From an uncultured beta proteobacterium (GTDB lineage Bacteria > Pseudomonadota > Gammaproteobacteria > Burkholderiales > Usitatibacteraceae), in the NCBI GenBank assembly GCA_963816035.1, contig CAWFIU010000001.1, positions 1,954,742 to 2,018,741 on the forward strand: a stretch of 64,000 nt of DNA. The letters are read 5' to 3'. The notes beneath the pieces were generated by a model. That model made no database searches, had not been told where the DNA came from, and saw only the letters and a list, made by a program, of their open reading frames with translations. Positions 63,442 through 64,000 of this stretch are shown piece by piece. Position 1 is the first letter of the stretch. Each line of letters opens with the position of its first letter. Made by a program: the position numbers and the translations under genes.

Positions 63442-64000
63442 GGCGAGGCTTCCGGGTGAGCCGGAGCGCGACGGCGTAGGCCAGCGCGACGGTGAGGAGG
63501 ACAGCGATGCCGAGGCGACGTGCCCCACGCGTCCATGCGCTCGTCGAGCGCGGGCAGCAGCGCGGCGCGCGGCCGCGAGCGCCGCGATGGCGAGCGCGAG
63601 GGTCGCGATCGCGAAGCTCATGACGCGCGAGGCGGCGGCGGCCCGGGCGTCGGCGGATCGCACGAGGTGGCTTACCCAGAGGCCGTTGAGGGAATCGGTC
63701 GCCATCATGCCGGCGGTGAAGATGAGGCCGAGCGCGCGGCGAAGAGCCCAGCCCGCGAGGTGCGAGCCGGTGAGCGAGAAGAGCACGGCCTGGCTGATCG
63801 TGTCGAAGGAAAGCGCGAACGCCGCTCCCACCGCGGCGATGAGCACCGGGTGCTCGGCGCGCGTGAGGCGCTCGAAGGCGCGGCTGCGCAGCCCCGCGGG
63901 CCGCACCACCTCGCCGCGCGGCGTGCGCATCACCACGGCGAGAGTTGGCGACGCCCAGCAGCGTGAGGAAGGCGATCGAGATCCAGGTTCCGGCGCCCTC
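63440..64000 (-). CDS. HoxN/NixA (NiCoT) family Ni/Co transporter, 3' part only; end approximate
   Basis: VGAAFALSFDTISQA and FTAGMMATDSLNG match NiCoT signature segments (G..F.L.FDT; F..GM...D..NG). Confidence 0.72.

Noticed and set aside
62626-63936. Apparent NiCoT-IclR fusion; similar apparent gcvT-gcvH, surE-pcm, SBP-SBP and cupin-cupin fusions in the ORF track
   Set aside because: These are explained by indels or open alternative frames across short gene overlaps; each partner has its own plausible start codon.
29448-64000. Island as a recently acquired mobile element
   Set aside because: No transposase, integrase or flanking repeats in the window; base composition looks like the core genes by eye, and it shares a host REP-like element.

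Overview
High-GC betaproteobacterial chromosomal window. The taxon is inferred from the thrS-infC-rpmI-rplT-pheST-ihfA-merR-tRNA-Pro gene order and the porin type. Single-base indels break even essential genes in about 0-18 kb and 46.5-64 kb; these are most likely long-read assembly errors, so coordinates of broken genes are approximate. 0-20 kb is housekeeping: moxR/DUF58/tgpA, a SEC-C/TPR protein, surE-pcm-nlpD, gcvTHP under a tandem glycine riboswitch, tRNA-Pro and the thrS..pheT cluster, with a probable thrS attenuator and an ATA-initiated infC. 20-29 kb is a phosphorelay module built around a 1946-aa poly-HAMP hybrid kinase. 29.4-64 kb is a catabolic island of at least 35 kb with two convergent arms. 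The left (+) arm has a phthalate-dioxygenase-like Rieske oxygenase, an OphC-like decarboxylase, a divergent PanB, LigJ/LigK-like enzymes, a miniature FtsZ-fold protein and pcaHGBCD. The right (-) arm has a NiCoT-family transporter, IclR, a reductase, a second OphC-like protein, an orphan His-tailed EutA-like ATPase with no EutBC in the window, a class II aldolase, an ABC transporter, a ThDP enzyme, four cupin genes, a porin and three tandem solute-binding proteins. A 17-bp GTTC-N9-GAAC palindrome at three promoters ties both arms into one putative regulon. The best candidate for an undescribed system is the NiCoT + His-rich EutA-like ATPase + cupin module, hypothesised to be a metal-dependent cupin enzyme with its own maturase, inside an uncharacterised aromatic or heteroaromatic carboxylate pathway.
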